Source: an uncultured Verrucomicrobiota bacterium
GTDB lineage: Bacteria > Verrucomicrobiota > Kiritimatiellia > RFP12 > UBA3636
Assembly: GCA_946624575.1 (NCBI GenBank)
Contig: CAMOSH010000001.1
Location: forward strand, 7,778 to 71,777
Direction: 5' to 3'
Length of the DNA stretch: 64,000 nucleotides
Both the position numbers and the translations under genes were made by a program. This document shows positions 29,477 through 38,257 of this stretch, piece after piece (the stretch's first letter is position 1; every line of letters starts with the position of its first letter). Below the pieces are notes generated by a model. The model saw nothing but the letters and a program-made list of their open reading frames with translations. It had not been told where the DNA came from and did no database searches.

Positions 29477-32400
29477 CTACCTTGCGCGTCTGCGGCGGAT
29501 TTTCTCCGCGAGCGCTGCCGCGGTCAAGACCATTGCCGCAAGCAGTGAGATCCCGCGCCCGACGCGCTCTGATTTCAGCGGCTTGCGGCGAAGTACTATT
29601 TCGCTGGCGCCGGGAGCGGGGCGAACTGCCATTTGGCCCCAGGGCAGGACGCCGATCGCGGCCGCGCCATCGGCCTCCCATCCGGGATCCGCCGTCACGG
29701 CCAGCGCGATCCAACGGCCGGAATCCGCGTCTGCCGGCAAATGCACCTCGACTGTGCCTGATGCTGAGTCGAGCGTTGCGTCCTGAATCCAGCCGTCGCG
29801 CGGCGCGGGTGGCGCTTTGCCCCGATTCCACCAGTCCGCGACGATGCGCTGCGGATTGCGCAGGGAGCTGGGCGATGGCAGCTCGTCCGGAACCGCGCCG
29901 CGCGGCAGCACCCGTGCGAGTCCGGGATCTTCCAGTCCAGATTCGTACACGCGCCAGGGGCCGGTGGAGGCGATCAGCCGCCACTGGCCGTCCGCTTCAA
30001 TGGCGTCCTGGACGCGCGCCGAGCGTGCCACGAATGAGCGAACCCCGAGCGCTTCGAGTCTGCGCAGTCCAAGCGCGGGGTCTTTGGGCAGCGGGCGCAC
30101 GAGAAGCGGCCAGCCCGTGGTGTCGTCGGACATCTGGCTTTGAGTGGAGTGCGCGGCTATAGCGCCAAGCGCTCCGTTTACCAGCCCTCCGGCCAGTGTT
30201 CTGGTTCCTGGCGCGAGGTAAGGCAGCGCCTCGAATGCGCGCGCCGAACCCAGGGCCTCGTTTCCTTCATGATGATCCCATGCGATCGCGCCCGGACGGC
30301 CGGCGACCGTCGCGGCGATGAGGCGCAGCGCGTCGGCGTCGGGCATCGCCTCGAATCCGCGAAATGCGCTTTGCGCCCAGGGACCCACCAGGCATTCGCG
30401 CGCCCAGCGTGGTTGTGCCGCGCCTCCGTTCCCTGTCGCGTCTTCGGGGATTTCGCGCCAGGCGAACGACGCCGCCAGCGCGGCGAGCGCGAGCGCCGTG
30501 GGCGTTTCGATCCGGAAAACGGCCGCCGCGCGGCCGGCGCCTATCGCGCACAGCGCCAATGCGGAGAAAACAGCGAACGGCCAAAGCCGGCAATTCACGA
30601 AGACGTCCGACAGGGCGCGCCCCCAGGCGAAAAGCGCCGCGGACGCGATCAGCATCGCGGTCGCGACGAACGCCGCCGCCGCCAGTGCTCCGCCGCCGCA
30701 AGCGCCACCCTTGGCCCGCTTTCGCGATGCGACGAGCGACAGCGCGAACACAAGCGCGGTCGCGCAGACGAATGTCGGATTCAATGCCGGCGGGAGCTGC
30801 TTCAGGACTTCGACGTTCCATTGTTCGCCATAGTCGACCGACCAGCCGCGCGTTGCGGCTAGCGGCAGCGTCCAGAATGCGCACAGTGCTCCGGCCGTCG
30901 CGCCTTCTGCGCACAGCGTCGCGGCCGCCGTGCGCCTGCGCAGCGCGGCAAGCGCCGCCGCGTACGCCAGTAGCGCCGTCGCGACGATCAGCGCCGCGAA
31001 GAAATGGCAAAGCGCCAATGCTGCGAACACCAGCGCGGACACGGCGGAGAAGCGTCCGCGCGATGCGTCGCGCAGGGCCAGGCCCAGGGCGATCGGCATC
31101 AGCGCGAACGACCAGGCGTTGGCGATCATGCCAGACAGCGCGCTGTAGGCGTTGCCACCCCACATCGTGTGCGAGTTGTCGAGCGCCACCGGAAGCGCGG
31201 CCGCGGCCAGAAGCGCGGGAACCGGGCGCGGCAGGCGCGCCAGACGGCCTCCGAGCCACGCGCAAAGAGGCAGCGCCGCAACTGGCAGCGCGATCGCCAG
31301 CGCAAGCGCGGTGTTGTGTCCGATCGCCCTGGAGGCCACGGCCGTCACGGCGTACGGAAGCGGGAAGTAATACCGAAACGCGGGAAATCCGCACCACCAC
31401 GCGCTTTCCCAGCCGAAGATGCGCCCGGTTTCGGCGATTCGCGCGACGAGGACGTTGTGCGCGGCAAGATCGCCTGCGACCGGGGTGCCGGCGCCAAGCG
31501 CAAGCCACATGTTCAGCATTTGCGCCAACCACAGCGAAAGCACTGCGGCCACTGCGAACCCGGTCCAGTCGCGTCCGGGTGCGGCGCCGTCGCGGCGGCG
31601 CCGCCGGAACGGAACCGTCGCCGCAAGTGCCAGCGCGAAAATCACGGCGGCGGCAAATGGCGGCGGCCTCCGCGCCGGCGCCGGAAATCCGGAAGCGTCC
31701 CGCGCGAACGCGACGGGCACCGCCGCATATTCGCACCAGCGCAATTCGGGCGCGGTCCCTTCGGCGGTTTCGACTGCGATTCGCACGGAGCCGCGCATGC
31801 CGAACGCCGAGCTCCTGCGCAGCGCGATCGTCTTTTCTGCGCGTCCGCGAGCCGGCGCTTTGATGACAAAGCGATCGGCGCCTGGATCCCGGACTCCGCA
31901 GCCGCTGGGCGTCAGCATCCGGCAGTCCAGCGCCAGTTCGGCGTCAGCTAGCGACTGGATCGCGACGACTATCGACGCGTCGGCGCGCGCTTCGTCCCGC
32001 GCGTCGCCCGTGGCGTCGCCAGGTACGAGCGACGCCTGCATGGAAAAGGCCTGAACGGCGGCGGCCGATCCGGAGGTTTGCGGCCACAGCCTAGTGCACG
32101 ACCAGGCGCGCGCGTCGTAGCCGTCCAGATCGACGCCCGTCGCGCGCAGCGCGTGCAGTTGCGGTCCGCGGCCTTCGGGGGCCTCCGCCTGGAACACGCC
32201 GCCCGTTTCCGCGCCGGGCGGAAGCCAGGTGCACTCGAATACGCGGCGCGCCGCACCGGATCCGGTGGCGACGCCGCTAAAGGCGTCCAGGGCCACGCGC
32301 TCCACTGGCGTCGCGCCGCGATTTGCCACGCGCCATGGAATGCTGGACGAGCCGCGCCGCACGGGGCCGACGGCCACGGCAAGCGGCGCGGTGGCTTCTG

Positions 32401-32512
32401 CCCCCGCCGCCTTCGGCACCGACAGCGCGGAGCAGAGAAGAGTCGTCGCCCAGGCCGCGACGGCAAGCGCGCGTTTCACGGCGCGCCGGCCGAAACGGCC
32501 CATTTCAGGCAT
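29477..32512 (-). CDS. large polytopic membrane protein of unknown function
   Basis: 1011-aa ORF with N-terminal signal/TM, soluble N-domain, central block of about 12 TM helices (FGWESAWWCGFPAFRYYFPLPY region), and soluble C-domain. No confident family call. Confidence 0.35.
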   Translation of the reverse strand: MPEMGRFGRRAVKRALAVAAWATTLLCSALSVPKAAGAEATAPLAVAVGPVRRGSSSIPWRVANRGATPVERVALDAFSGVATGSGAARRVFECTWLPPGAETGGVFQAEAPEGRGPQLHALRATGVDLDGYDARAWSCTRLWPQTSGSAAAVQAFSMQASLVPGDATGDARDEARADASIVVAIQSLADAELALDCRMLTPSGCGVRDPGADRFVIKAPARGRAEKTIALRRSSAFGMRGSVRIAVETAEGTAPELRWCEYAAVPVAFARDASGFPAPARRPPPFAAAVIFALALAATVPFRRRRRDGAAPGRDWTGFAVAAVLSLWLAQMLNMWLALGAGTPVAGDLAAHNVLVARIAETGRIFGWESAWWCGFPAFRYYFPLPYAVTAVASRAIGHNTALALAIALPVAALPLCAWLGGRLARLPRPVPALLAAAALPVALDNSHTMWGGNAYSALSGMIANAWSFALMPIALGLALRDASRGRFSAVSALVFAALALCHFFAALIVATALLAYAAALAALRRRTAAATLCAEGATAGALCAFWTLPLAATRGWSVDYGEQWNVEVLKQLPPALNPTFVCATALVFALSLVASRKRAKGGACGGGALAAAAFVATAMLIASAALFAWGRALSDVFVNCRLWPFAVFSALALCAIGAGRAAAVFRIETPTALALAALAASFAWREIPEDATGNGGAAQPRWARECLVGPWAQSAFRGFEAMPDADALRLIAATVAGRPGAIAWDHHEGNEALGSARAFEALPYLAPGTRTLAGGLVNGALGAIAAHSTQSQMSDDTTGWPLLVRPLPKDPALGLRRLEALGVRSFVARSARVQDAIEADGQWRLIASTGPWRVYESGLEDPGLARVLPRGAVPDELPSPSSLRNPQRIVADWWNRGKAPPAPRDGWIQDATLDSASGTVEVHLPADADSGRWIALAVTADPGWEADGAAAIGVLPWGQMAVRPAPGASEIVLRRKPLKSERVGRGISLLAAMVLTAAALAEKIRRRRAR

Positions 32513-33008
32513 CGCGCTGCCTGCGCAGCGCCGCCGACATCTTTTGCAGCCTGTCGTAGGACGCGGTTTTCACGCGAATGGGGCCGGTCGCGGTCTCCCA
32601 TTCGCATACGGTGCGCGCGTTGACGCCGAGAATACCGGCCAGTTGCGGCTGGGTCAGGTGCCGCGCCGTGCGCACCAGACGCACGAAGTTCGGTTCCACG
32701 AGCGCAAGCCCGCGCACGACCTGGTGCGCGCGCGGTCTTGCGTCGCCTTGAGCGGCCGCGCCGGACGCATCCGCGTCGGCGGCCGCTGCGGCATCGGCGG
32801 TGGCGGATGCGGCCCTGCGCCCGGAGCTTACGGTTTCCTCCGGACGCGGCTGCGGTGGCGAAAGCAGCGCCTCCAGTTCGGCGGCGGACAGTCCCACGAG
32901 AGAGGCCAATTCGTCGTCGGGCAGGGATCCGCGGAGCTTCAGCGCGATCGAACGCGCCATCGAACGGCGTCCTTCGGCAAAACCTTCGAGATATGGATCG
33001 GCAGTCAC
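32505..33008 (-). CDS. XRE-family helix-turn-helix transcriptional regulator
   Basis: C-terminal HTH LTQPQLAGILGVNARTVCEWE. Ala-rich N-terminal region. 8-bp overlap with the downstream membrane-protein gene. Confidence 0.5.
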   Translation of the reverse strand: MTADPYLEGFAEGRRSMARSIALKLRGSLPDDELASLVGLSAAELEALLSPPQPRPEETVSSGRRAASATADAAAAADADASGAAAQGDARPRAHQVVRGLALVEPNFVRLVRTARHLTQPQLAGILGVNARTVCEWETATGPIRVKTASYDRLQKMSAALRRQRDA

Positions 33009-33083
33009 TGTTCGCTCCTCGCGCGCTTCGCGTTTCCTCCGTGGCGGCGGCCCGGAAATTCGCGCCGCCGCAGGTGGCGGAAA

Positions 33084-33632
33084 TCAGTTCTTTCGCTCGG
33101 AAATCATGCCGACCTTGCGGGCGTAGGCGAACATTCCGCCGGCCTCCACCACGGGCGCCACTGCTCCCAGGTCCTTCAGGCGGAACGTCTTGCCGTCGGA
33201 AACGCGCACCAGGGTCTGGGCCTCGGTGTCCAGCTCCGCCTCGTCGCCCGTCTTGAATTCGGACACGAGGGGCACTGCGGTCTCGAACGGATAGACTTCG
33301 CCGGTAGCCACGCTGTTGCGGAAGAAAATCCTGGCGTAGTACTCGGCCACCACGGCCTTGCAGCCTGCCGCGCCGAGCGCGACGGGAGCGTGCTCGCGCG
33401 ACGAGCCGCAGCCGAAGTTCTTGCCGGCTATCATGATCCCGTACGGGGTCTTGCCGGTCTTCTTGTCGACGAAAGGCGTGGTGCCGTCAGGCATCCCGGC
33501 CATCGCGTACGATCCGAGCTTTTCGTATTCGGCCGGAATCGTCGGGACCAGATTGAGGTACTGTGCGGGGATGATGTTGTCGGTGTCGATGTTGTCGCCG
33601 ACGACATAGACTTTTGCGCGAATCTTGCTCAT
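33084..33632 (-). CDS. leuD: 3-isopropylmalate dehydratase small subunit-like (LeuD/aconitase swivel domain)
   Basis: MSKIRAKVYVVGDNIDTDNIIPAQYL and GKNFGCGSSREHAP motifs. 183 aa from the ATG at 33632. The upstream in-frame part of the track ORF is noise. No leuC adjacent. Confidence 0.65.
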   Translation of the reverse strand: MSKIRAKVYVVGDNIDTDNIIPAQYLNLVPTIPAEYEKLGSYAMAGMPDGTTPFVDKKTGKTPYGIMIAGKNFGCGSSREHAPVALGAAGCKAVVAEYYARIFFRNSVATGEVYPFETAVPLVSEFKTGDEAELDTEAQTLVRVSDGKTFRLKDLGAVAPVVEAGGMFAYARKVGMISERKN

Positions 33633-33795
33633 TTTGACCTTGCTTGTCGAAAGTGGTTGGCTTGCGGGACGATTCTTGCCAAAAACCGTCTCGAAGTCAA
33701 CAGCGCGCGCATAATCCGTGCAATATCCATATTTGATGCGTCGGCCATGCGTTCCGGTATTGAAGAGCGGCGGGAAATGCGATAGTATCGGGCGC

Positions 33796-34044
33796 ATGAA
33801 AAACCCGCAAACGTTCGAGCAGGCCGTCGCTCGCCTCGAAGAGCTCGTCGCTTCCATGGAATCCGGCTCCGGCGATCTGGACAGGACTGTCGCGTCGTTC
33901 GAGGAGGGCAGCAGGCTCGTGGCGTTCTGCAACGAGAAGCTTTCCGCCGTGGAGCGCAAGGTCGAAATGCTCGTCAAGGGCCAAAACGGCGAGTTGGGAG
34001 CCGTGCCGTTCGACGAGTCGCTTCCCGGCGGGGACGATCGGTGA
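33796..34044 (+). CDS. xseB: exodeoxyribonuclease VII small subunit
   Basis: 82 aa, FEQAVARLEELVASMESGSGDLDRTVASFEEGSRLVAFCNEKLSAVERKVEML, a typical XseB helical hairpin. Confidence 0.7.
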   Translation: MKNPQTFEQAVARLEELVASMESGSGDLDRTVASFEEGSRLVAFCNEKLSAVERKVEMLVKGQNGELGAVPFDESLPGGDDR

Positions 34045-34093
34045 GGTCCGCAGTCCGCCAGAACCGAAGAGACCCTTCACGGAATCCGATTCC

Positions 34094-35395
34094 ATGACGT
34101 ACACCGCGGATTGGATAGTCACGCAGGACGACGACCGCACCGTGGTCCGCGACGGGGCGCTGCTTGTGCGCGACGGCCTGGTGGCCGACGTGGGGCCGGC
34201 GTCGGAAGTGCTGCGGCGCAATCCCGGCGAAGGAACCGTTTCCCTCGGGGCGGCGGCGGTTTTCCCGGGGCTGGTGGACGCGCATTGCCACTTGCCGATG
34301 AGTCCACTGCGCGGGCTTGGCGACGACAAGCCGCTCCAGGCGTGGCTTCAGGAGGACATATTTCCGCGCGAGGCGCGCCTTACTCCGGAAATCGTGCGGC
34401 TGGGAGCTCTGCTTTCGTGCTGCGAGCTTCTCCGCACCGGCACGACCTCGTTCTTCGACATGTACATGCTAGAGGAGAACGTGTTTGCGGCGGCGGATCA
34501 GGTCGGTCTTCGCGGGGTGCTCGGCGAGAATGCCGTGCGCTTCTTCCCGCAGCTCGGCGGCGCCACGAAGGAGAAGCTTTTCGGGCGTGTCGCGGCCAAC
34601 GCCGAGGCCTGGCGCGGCCATCCGCGGCTGAAGGCGGCGATCTGCCCGCATGCGCCGTACACGACTGATCCGGCGCTCCTGCGGGAATGCCTGGAGCTGT
34701 CCCGCTCGCTCGGCATCCCGCTCGGAATGCATCTGGCGGAAACCGAACACGAAACGGAGACCTGTCTGCGCGAACACGGAATGCGCCCCGTGGAGTACTG
34801 CCAAAAACTCGGGTTGCTCGGCCCGGATTCCACGTTCTTCCACTGCGTTCACGTCACGCCGGGCGAAATCGAGGCGCTGCGGGATTCCGGGTGCGGCGTT
34901 GTCCACAACCCGGCGTCCAACATGAAGCTGGCTTCCGGCGCGTGTCCCGCCGCCGCGATGCTGGCCGCCGGCCTCGAACTGGCGCTCGGAACGGACGGCG
35001 CGGCGTCCAACAACCAGCAGAACATGGTGCGGGAGACGTGGCTCGCGGCGCTTCTCGGAAAGTCCGCCTCCGGGGATCCGGCGGCGATGACCGCGCAGAA
35101 GGCACTGGACATGGCGACCCGCAACGGCGCCCGCGCCCTGCACATCGACGGCATCGGCTCGCTGCGGCCGGGATGCCACGCTGACTTTTTCGCTCTCGAC
35201 CTTCGCTCTGCCCCCAACCTGCAGCCGTGCCACGAGCCGGTGTCCTCCCTGGTGTATTCCGCCACGGGGCACGAGATTCGGCTCGTCGCCGTCGCCGGCC
35301 GGGAACTCTATCGCGACGGCGAATTCCTGACGGTCGACTATCCCGCCCTTCTGGAGGAGGTCTCGAAGCTCAAACGCTGGGCCGAATCCCGCTAG
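34094..35395 (+). CDS. amidohydrolase, MTA/SAH deaminase (MtaD)/TRZ-ATZ family
   Basis: GLVDAHCHLPM metal-binding HxH, HCVHV, and LGTDGAASNNQQNM motifs. Confidence 0.65.
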   Translation: MTYTADWIVTQDDDRTVVRDGALLVRDGLVADVGPASEVLRRNPGEGTVSLGAAAVFPGLVDAHCHLPMSPLRGLGDDKPLQAWLQEDIFPREARLTPEIVRLGALLSCCELLRTGTTSFFDMYMLEENVFAAADQVGLRGVLGENAVRFFPQLGGATKEKLFGRVAANAEAWRGHPRLKAAICPHAPYTTDPALLRECLELSRSLGIPLGMHLAETEHETETCLREHGMRPVEYCQKLGLLGPDSTFFHCVHVTPGEIEALRDSGCGVVHNPASNMKLASGACPAAAMLAAGLELALGTDGAASNNQQNMVRETWLAALLGKSASGDPAAMTAQKALDMATRNGARALHIDGIGSLRPGCHADFFALDLRSAPNLQPCHEPVSSLVYSATGHEIRLVAVAGRELYRDGEFLTVDYPALLEEVSKLKRWAESR

Positions 35396-35429
35396 CGCCT
35401 TTTTCCAGACAAAACAAACGAAACAGACA

Positions 35430-37691
35430 ATGAAATTCGACAAATTCGGCAAGGCATACCATCTTTCCATCGAAACTCCGGACGATCTGGAAGGCGTTCT
35501 GGCGCTCGACGATTCGTTCTGGGCCGCAGTCTCCGCTCCGACGTCCGCGTTCCGCGAGGACGCCGCTTTCCTGAAGTATCTGGACAGCGACGGCAACGGC
35601 CGGATGCGTTCCGACGAAATCCGCTCCGCTTTGCGCTGGCTTCTGGACACGCTTGCCGACCGCTCGAAGATCGGCGCGCCGGAAGACGGCATCGCCCTCG
35701 CGTCCGTGCGCAAGGACTCGGCCGCAGGCCCCGGGCTGCTTGTCACGGCCGCCTACGTTAACGAGCAGGCCGGCCGCGCCGACGCCCCCGACGTGCGTCT
35801 CTCCGACGTGCGCTCCGCCATGCTCGAACTGCGCGGCAAGCCGCTCAACGGCGACGGCGTCCTCGTGTCCGCTGCCGCCGGCGACGACGCCGACCTGAAG
35901 GCGTACATCGACGCCGCGATCGCGGCCACCGGCGGCTCGGACGACATTTCCGGCGCCCGCGGCGTGTCTTCGGCCCAGCTTGACGCCTTCGCCGCCGACG
36001 TGGGCGACTACCTCGCCTGGCGCGCAAAGGGGCGCGACGACAATCCGGAAACCATGCCCTTCGGGGCGGACACCCCGGCCGTTGAAAACCTGCTTGCTCG
36101 CCATCGCGACGCAATCGACCGCTTCTTCTTCCTGGCTGACTTCCAGCGCTACGACCCGTCCGGCGCGGCTAAGTTCCTCGTTGCCGACGCCGCGTCCGAC
36201 AGCGCTTCGGCCGCGCTTGAGAATGCGCCGCTCGCGCGCCCGCTGCCGGATGGCTCCATGCCTCTGGACGGGCCGGCGGTCAATCCCCTGCGCCGCGACG
36301 TTGTCGCCGCGCTGCGCGACGGCCTTTTTGGAAAGGTTCTCGGACGCAGCGCCCCGGAGAGCGTGACGGAGGGGGACTGGCTTGCCGTCAAGAAGGCGCT
36401 TGCCGGGCACGAGTCGTGGCTCGCCTCCAAGAAAGGCGCGTCCGTCGAGGCGTTTGACGAGGCTCTTCTTCGCAAATGGGCCGACGGCCCGTTCGCCGCG
36501 CAGGCCGCGGAACTCCAGGAAAAGGACAAGGAGGTCGCGGTTCGCGTTTCGGCGTTCTCGGATCTGGAAAAGCTTCTGCTCTTCCATCGCCGGATTCCGC
36601 GCTTCCTCAACAACTACGTCGCGCTTGCGGAATTCTACCGCCCCGACCAGACTTCGCTCTTCGAGCGTGGGCGCCTGCTCGTCGACGGGCGCTGGTTCAA
36701 CCTCGCCATCGAGGTGGCTGACCCCGCCGCGCATTCGGCGGTCGCCAAAAACGGCGGGCTCTTCACGATGTACGTGAAAGTCGAACCCGTCGGCGGACCA
36801 CCGCCGTTCACCGTGGTTGTGCCCGCGACGAACGGGACTCGCGGCAATCTCGAAGTCGGCAAGCGCGGCGTCTTCTTCGACCTGGACGGACATGAGTTCG
36901 ACGCCACCATCACGTCGATAATCGAAGCGCCGATCAGCCTCAAGGAGGCGATTCTCTCCCCGTTCCAGAACATCGCCAAGGCGGTGATGGGCAAGATCGA
37001 GAATCTCTCCGCCGCAGCCCAGTCCAAGATCGAAAAGGCCGGCATCGATTCGGTGGACGCCGTCGAGAATGGCAAGACGCCGATTCCCGCCGCCGCTCCA
37101 GCTCCCGCGCCTGCCGCGGCGCCTGGCGGCGCCGGCGCCGCCGGAATGTTCATGGGCGTCTCCGTGGCCATCGCCGCTTTGGGCTCCGCGTTCGCCTTCA
37201 TCGCCAAATCGGTTGCGTCGATGTCCTGGACTTCGCGTCTGCTTTCGCTGCTGGCGATACTGGTCGTGGTATTTGGTCCAATCGTTCTCGCCGGAGTGCT
37301 CAAGCTGATGCGGCAGGACATGGGCCCGATCATCGAGGGTTGCGGCTGGGCTGTCAACAAGTCGATGCGCCTGACGCACCGCCTGCGGCGCCAGTTCACG
37401 CTCGTCAAGGCGTATCCGGAAGGCGCGGAAGGAACTCCGGCCAAGCGCCGCGGACTCCTTCTCTGCGTCCTGGCCGCGGTTTTCGCGATAGCGCTGGCCA
37501 TCACTGCAATCTGCCGCAACTGCCGCTCTTCAGCCGCCCAGTCGGAATGCGCCGCGCCCGTTGCTGATGCTGCTGCCGTCGCCGCTGATTCCGCAGCAGC
37601 TCCCGCCGCAGCCGTTGACGTTGCTGCGCCCGCCGCCGCGCCCGCCGCTGATGCCGCTGCTCCTGCCGCTCCTGCCGTTCCCGCCGCGTAA
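35430..37691 (+). CDS. hypothetical protein with canonical EF-hand loop, TM segments and Ala/Pro-rich C-terminal tail
   Basis: DSDGNGRMRSDE fits the 12-residue EF-hand consensus (D1, D3, N5, G6, E12). Two or three predicted TM helices around aa 560-660. C-terminal APAAAPAADAAAPAAPAVPAA. Confidence 0.4.
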   Translation: MKFDKFGKAYHLSIETPDDLEGVLALDDSFWAAVSAPTSAFREDAAFLKYLDSDGNGRMRSDEIRSALRWLLDTLADRSKIGAPEDGIALASVRKDSAAGPGLLVTAAYVNEQAGRADAPDVRLSDVRSAMLELRGKPLNGDGVLVSAAAGDDADLKAYIDAAIAATGGSDDISGARGVSSAQLDAFAADVGDYLAWRAKGRDDNPETMPFGADTPAVENLLARHRDAIDRFFFLADFQRYDPSGAAKFLVADAASDSASAALENAPLARPLPDGSMPLDGPAVNPLRRDVVAALRDGLFGKVLGRSAPESVTEGDWLAVKKALAGHESWLASKKGASVEAFDEALLRKWADGPFAAQAAELQEKDKEVAVRVSAFSDLEKLLLFHRRIPRFLNNYVALAEFYRPDQTSLFERGRLLVDGRWFNLAIEVADPAAHSAVAKNGGLFTMYVKVEPVGGPPPFTVVVPATNGTRGNLEVGKRGVFFDLDGHEFDATITSIIEAPISLKEAILSPFQNIAKAVMGKIENLSAAAQSKIEKAGIDSVDAVENGKTPIPAAAPAPAPAAAPGGAGAAGMFMGVSVAIAALGSAFAFIAKSVASMSWTSRLLSLLAILVVVFGPIVLAGVLKLMRQDMGPIIEGCGWAVNKSMRLTHRLRRQFTLVKAYPEGAEGTPAKRRGLLLCVLAAVFAIALAITAICRNCRSSAAQSECAAPVADAAAVAADSAAAPAAAVDVAAPAAAPAADAAAPAAPAVPAA

Positions 37692-38257
37692 TGCAGGCCT
37701 CAGTTCCGTTGCCGGCTTCGCATGTTCAACTTGAGGGCGCGGCCCTTCAGGCCGCGCCCGGCGCGTCCGATTTGCGCGCCAGCGCTGCGCTTCTTCTGCG
37801 GGAGTGCCGCGACCGCGGAATCTCGTTCGGCACGGCGGAGTCCTGCACCGGCGGCCTTGCGGCGCAAGCCGTCACGGCCTTGCCTGGCGCTTCCGAAGCG
37901 TTCTGCGGGGCCGTGGTTTCCTACTCCAACGACGTGAAGCGCAGATTGCTCGGCGTCCCGGAGGAGACGCTTTCGTCCCATGGCGCCGTCAGCGCCGAAA
38001 CCGCGATCGCCATGGCCGATGGTTGCCGCAGGGCGCTGCGGTGCGACGCCGCGCTCTCCATCACCGGCATAGCCGGCCCCGGCGGAGCGGTGCCGGGTAA
38101 GCCGGTGGGCACGGTCTTCGCGGCGACGAGCGTTCGCGGCAAAGTCACCGCCGCCTTCGAAATGCGCTGGCCGGAGTCGCTCGGACGCGACGGAATCCGT
38201 GTGGCGTCCGCCGCCACGGCGCTTGACGCGCTTGCGCGCGCTGTGGCAGCGCCGTGA
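37691..38257 (+). CDS. CinA C-terminal domain / NMN amidohydrolase PncC family
   Basis: GTAESCTGGLAA, VSYSNDVKRRLLGV and GIAGPGG motifs. ATG overlaps the upstream TAA (TAATG). Confidence 0.65.
   Translation: MQASVPLPASHVQLEGAALQAAPGASDLRASAALLLRECRDRGISFGTAESCTGGLAAQAVTALPGASEAFCGAVVSYSNDVKRRLLGVPEETLSSHGAVSAETAIAMADGCRRALRCDAALSITGIAGPGGAVPGKPVGTVFAATSVRGKVTAAFEMRWPESLGRDGIRVASAATALDALARAVAAP

Noticed and set aside
30267-31951. ORFs of 300-500 aa in both strands inside the 29477..32512 membrane-protein gene
   Set aside because: Shadow ORFs typical of roughly 70% GC sequence. Only the 1011-aa frame shows coherent TM and soluble-domain organisation.
33697-34329. 210-aa minus-strand ORF overlapping xseB and the deaminase start
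   Set aside because: Antisense to two well-supported + strand genes. Ser/Pro/Arg-rich with no motifs.
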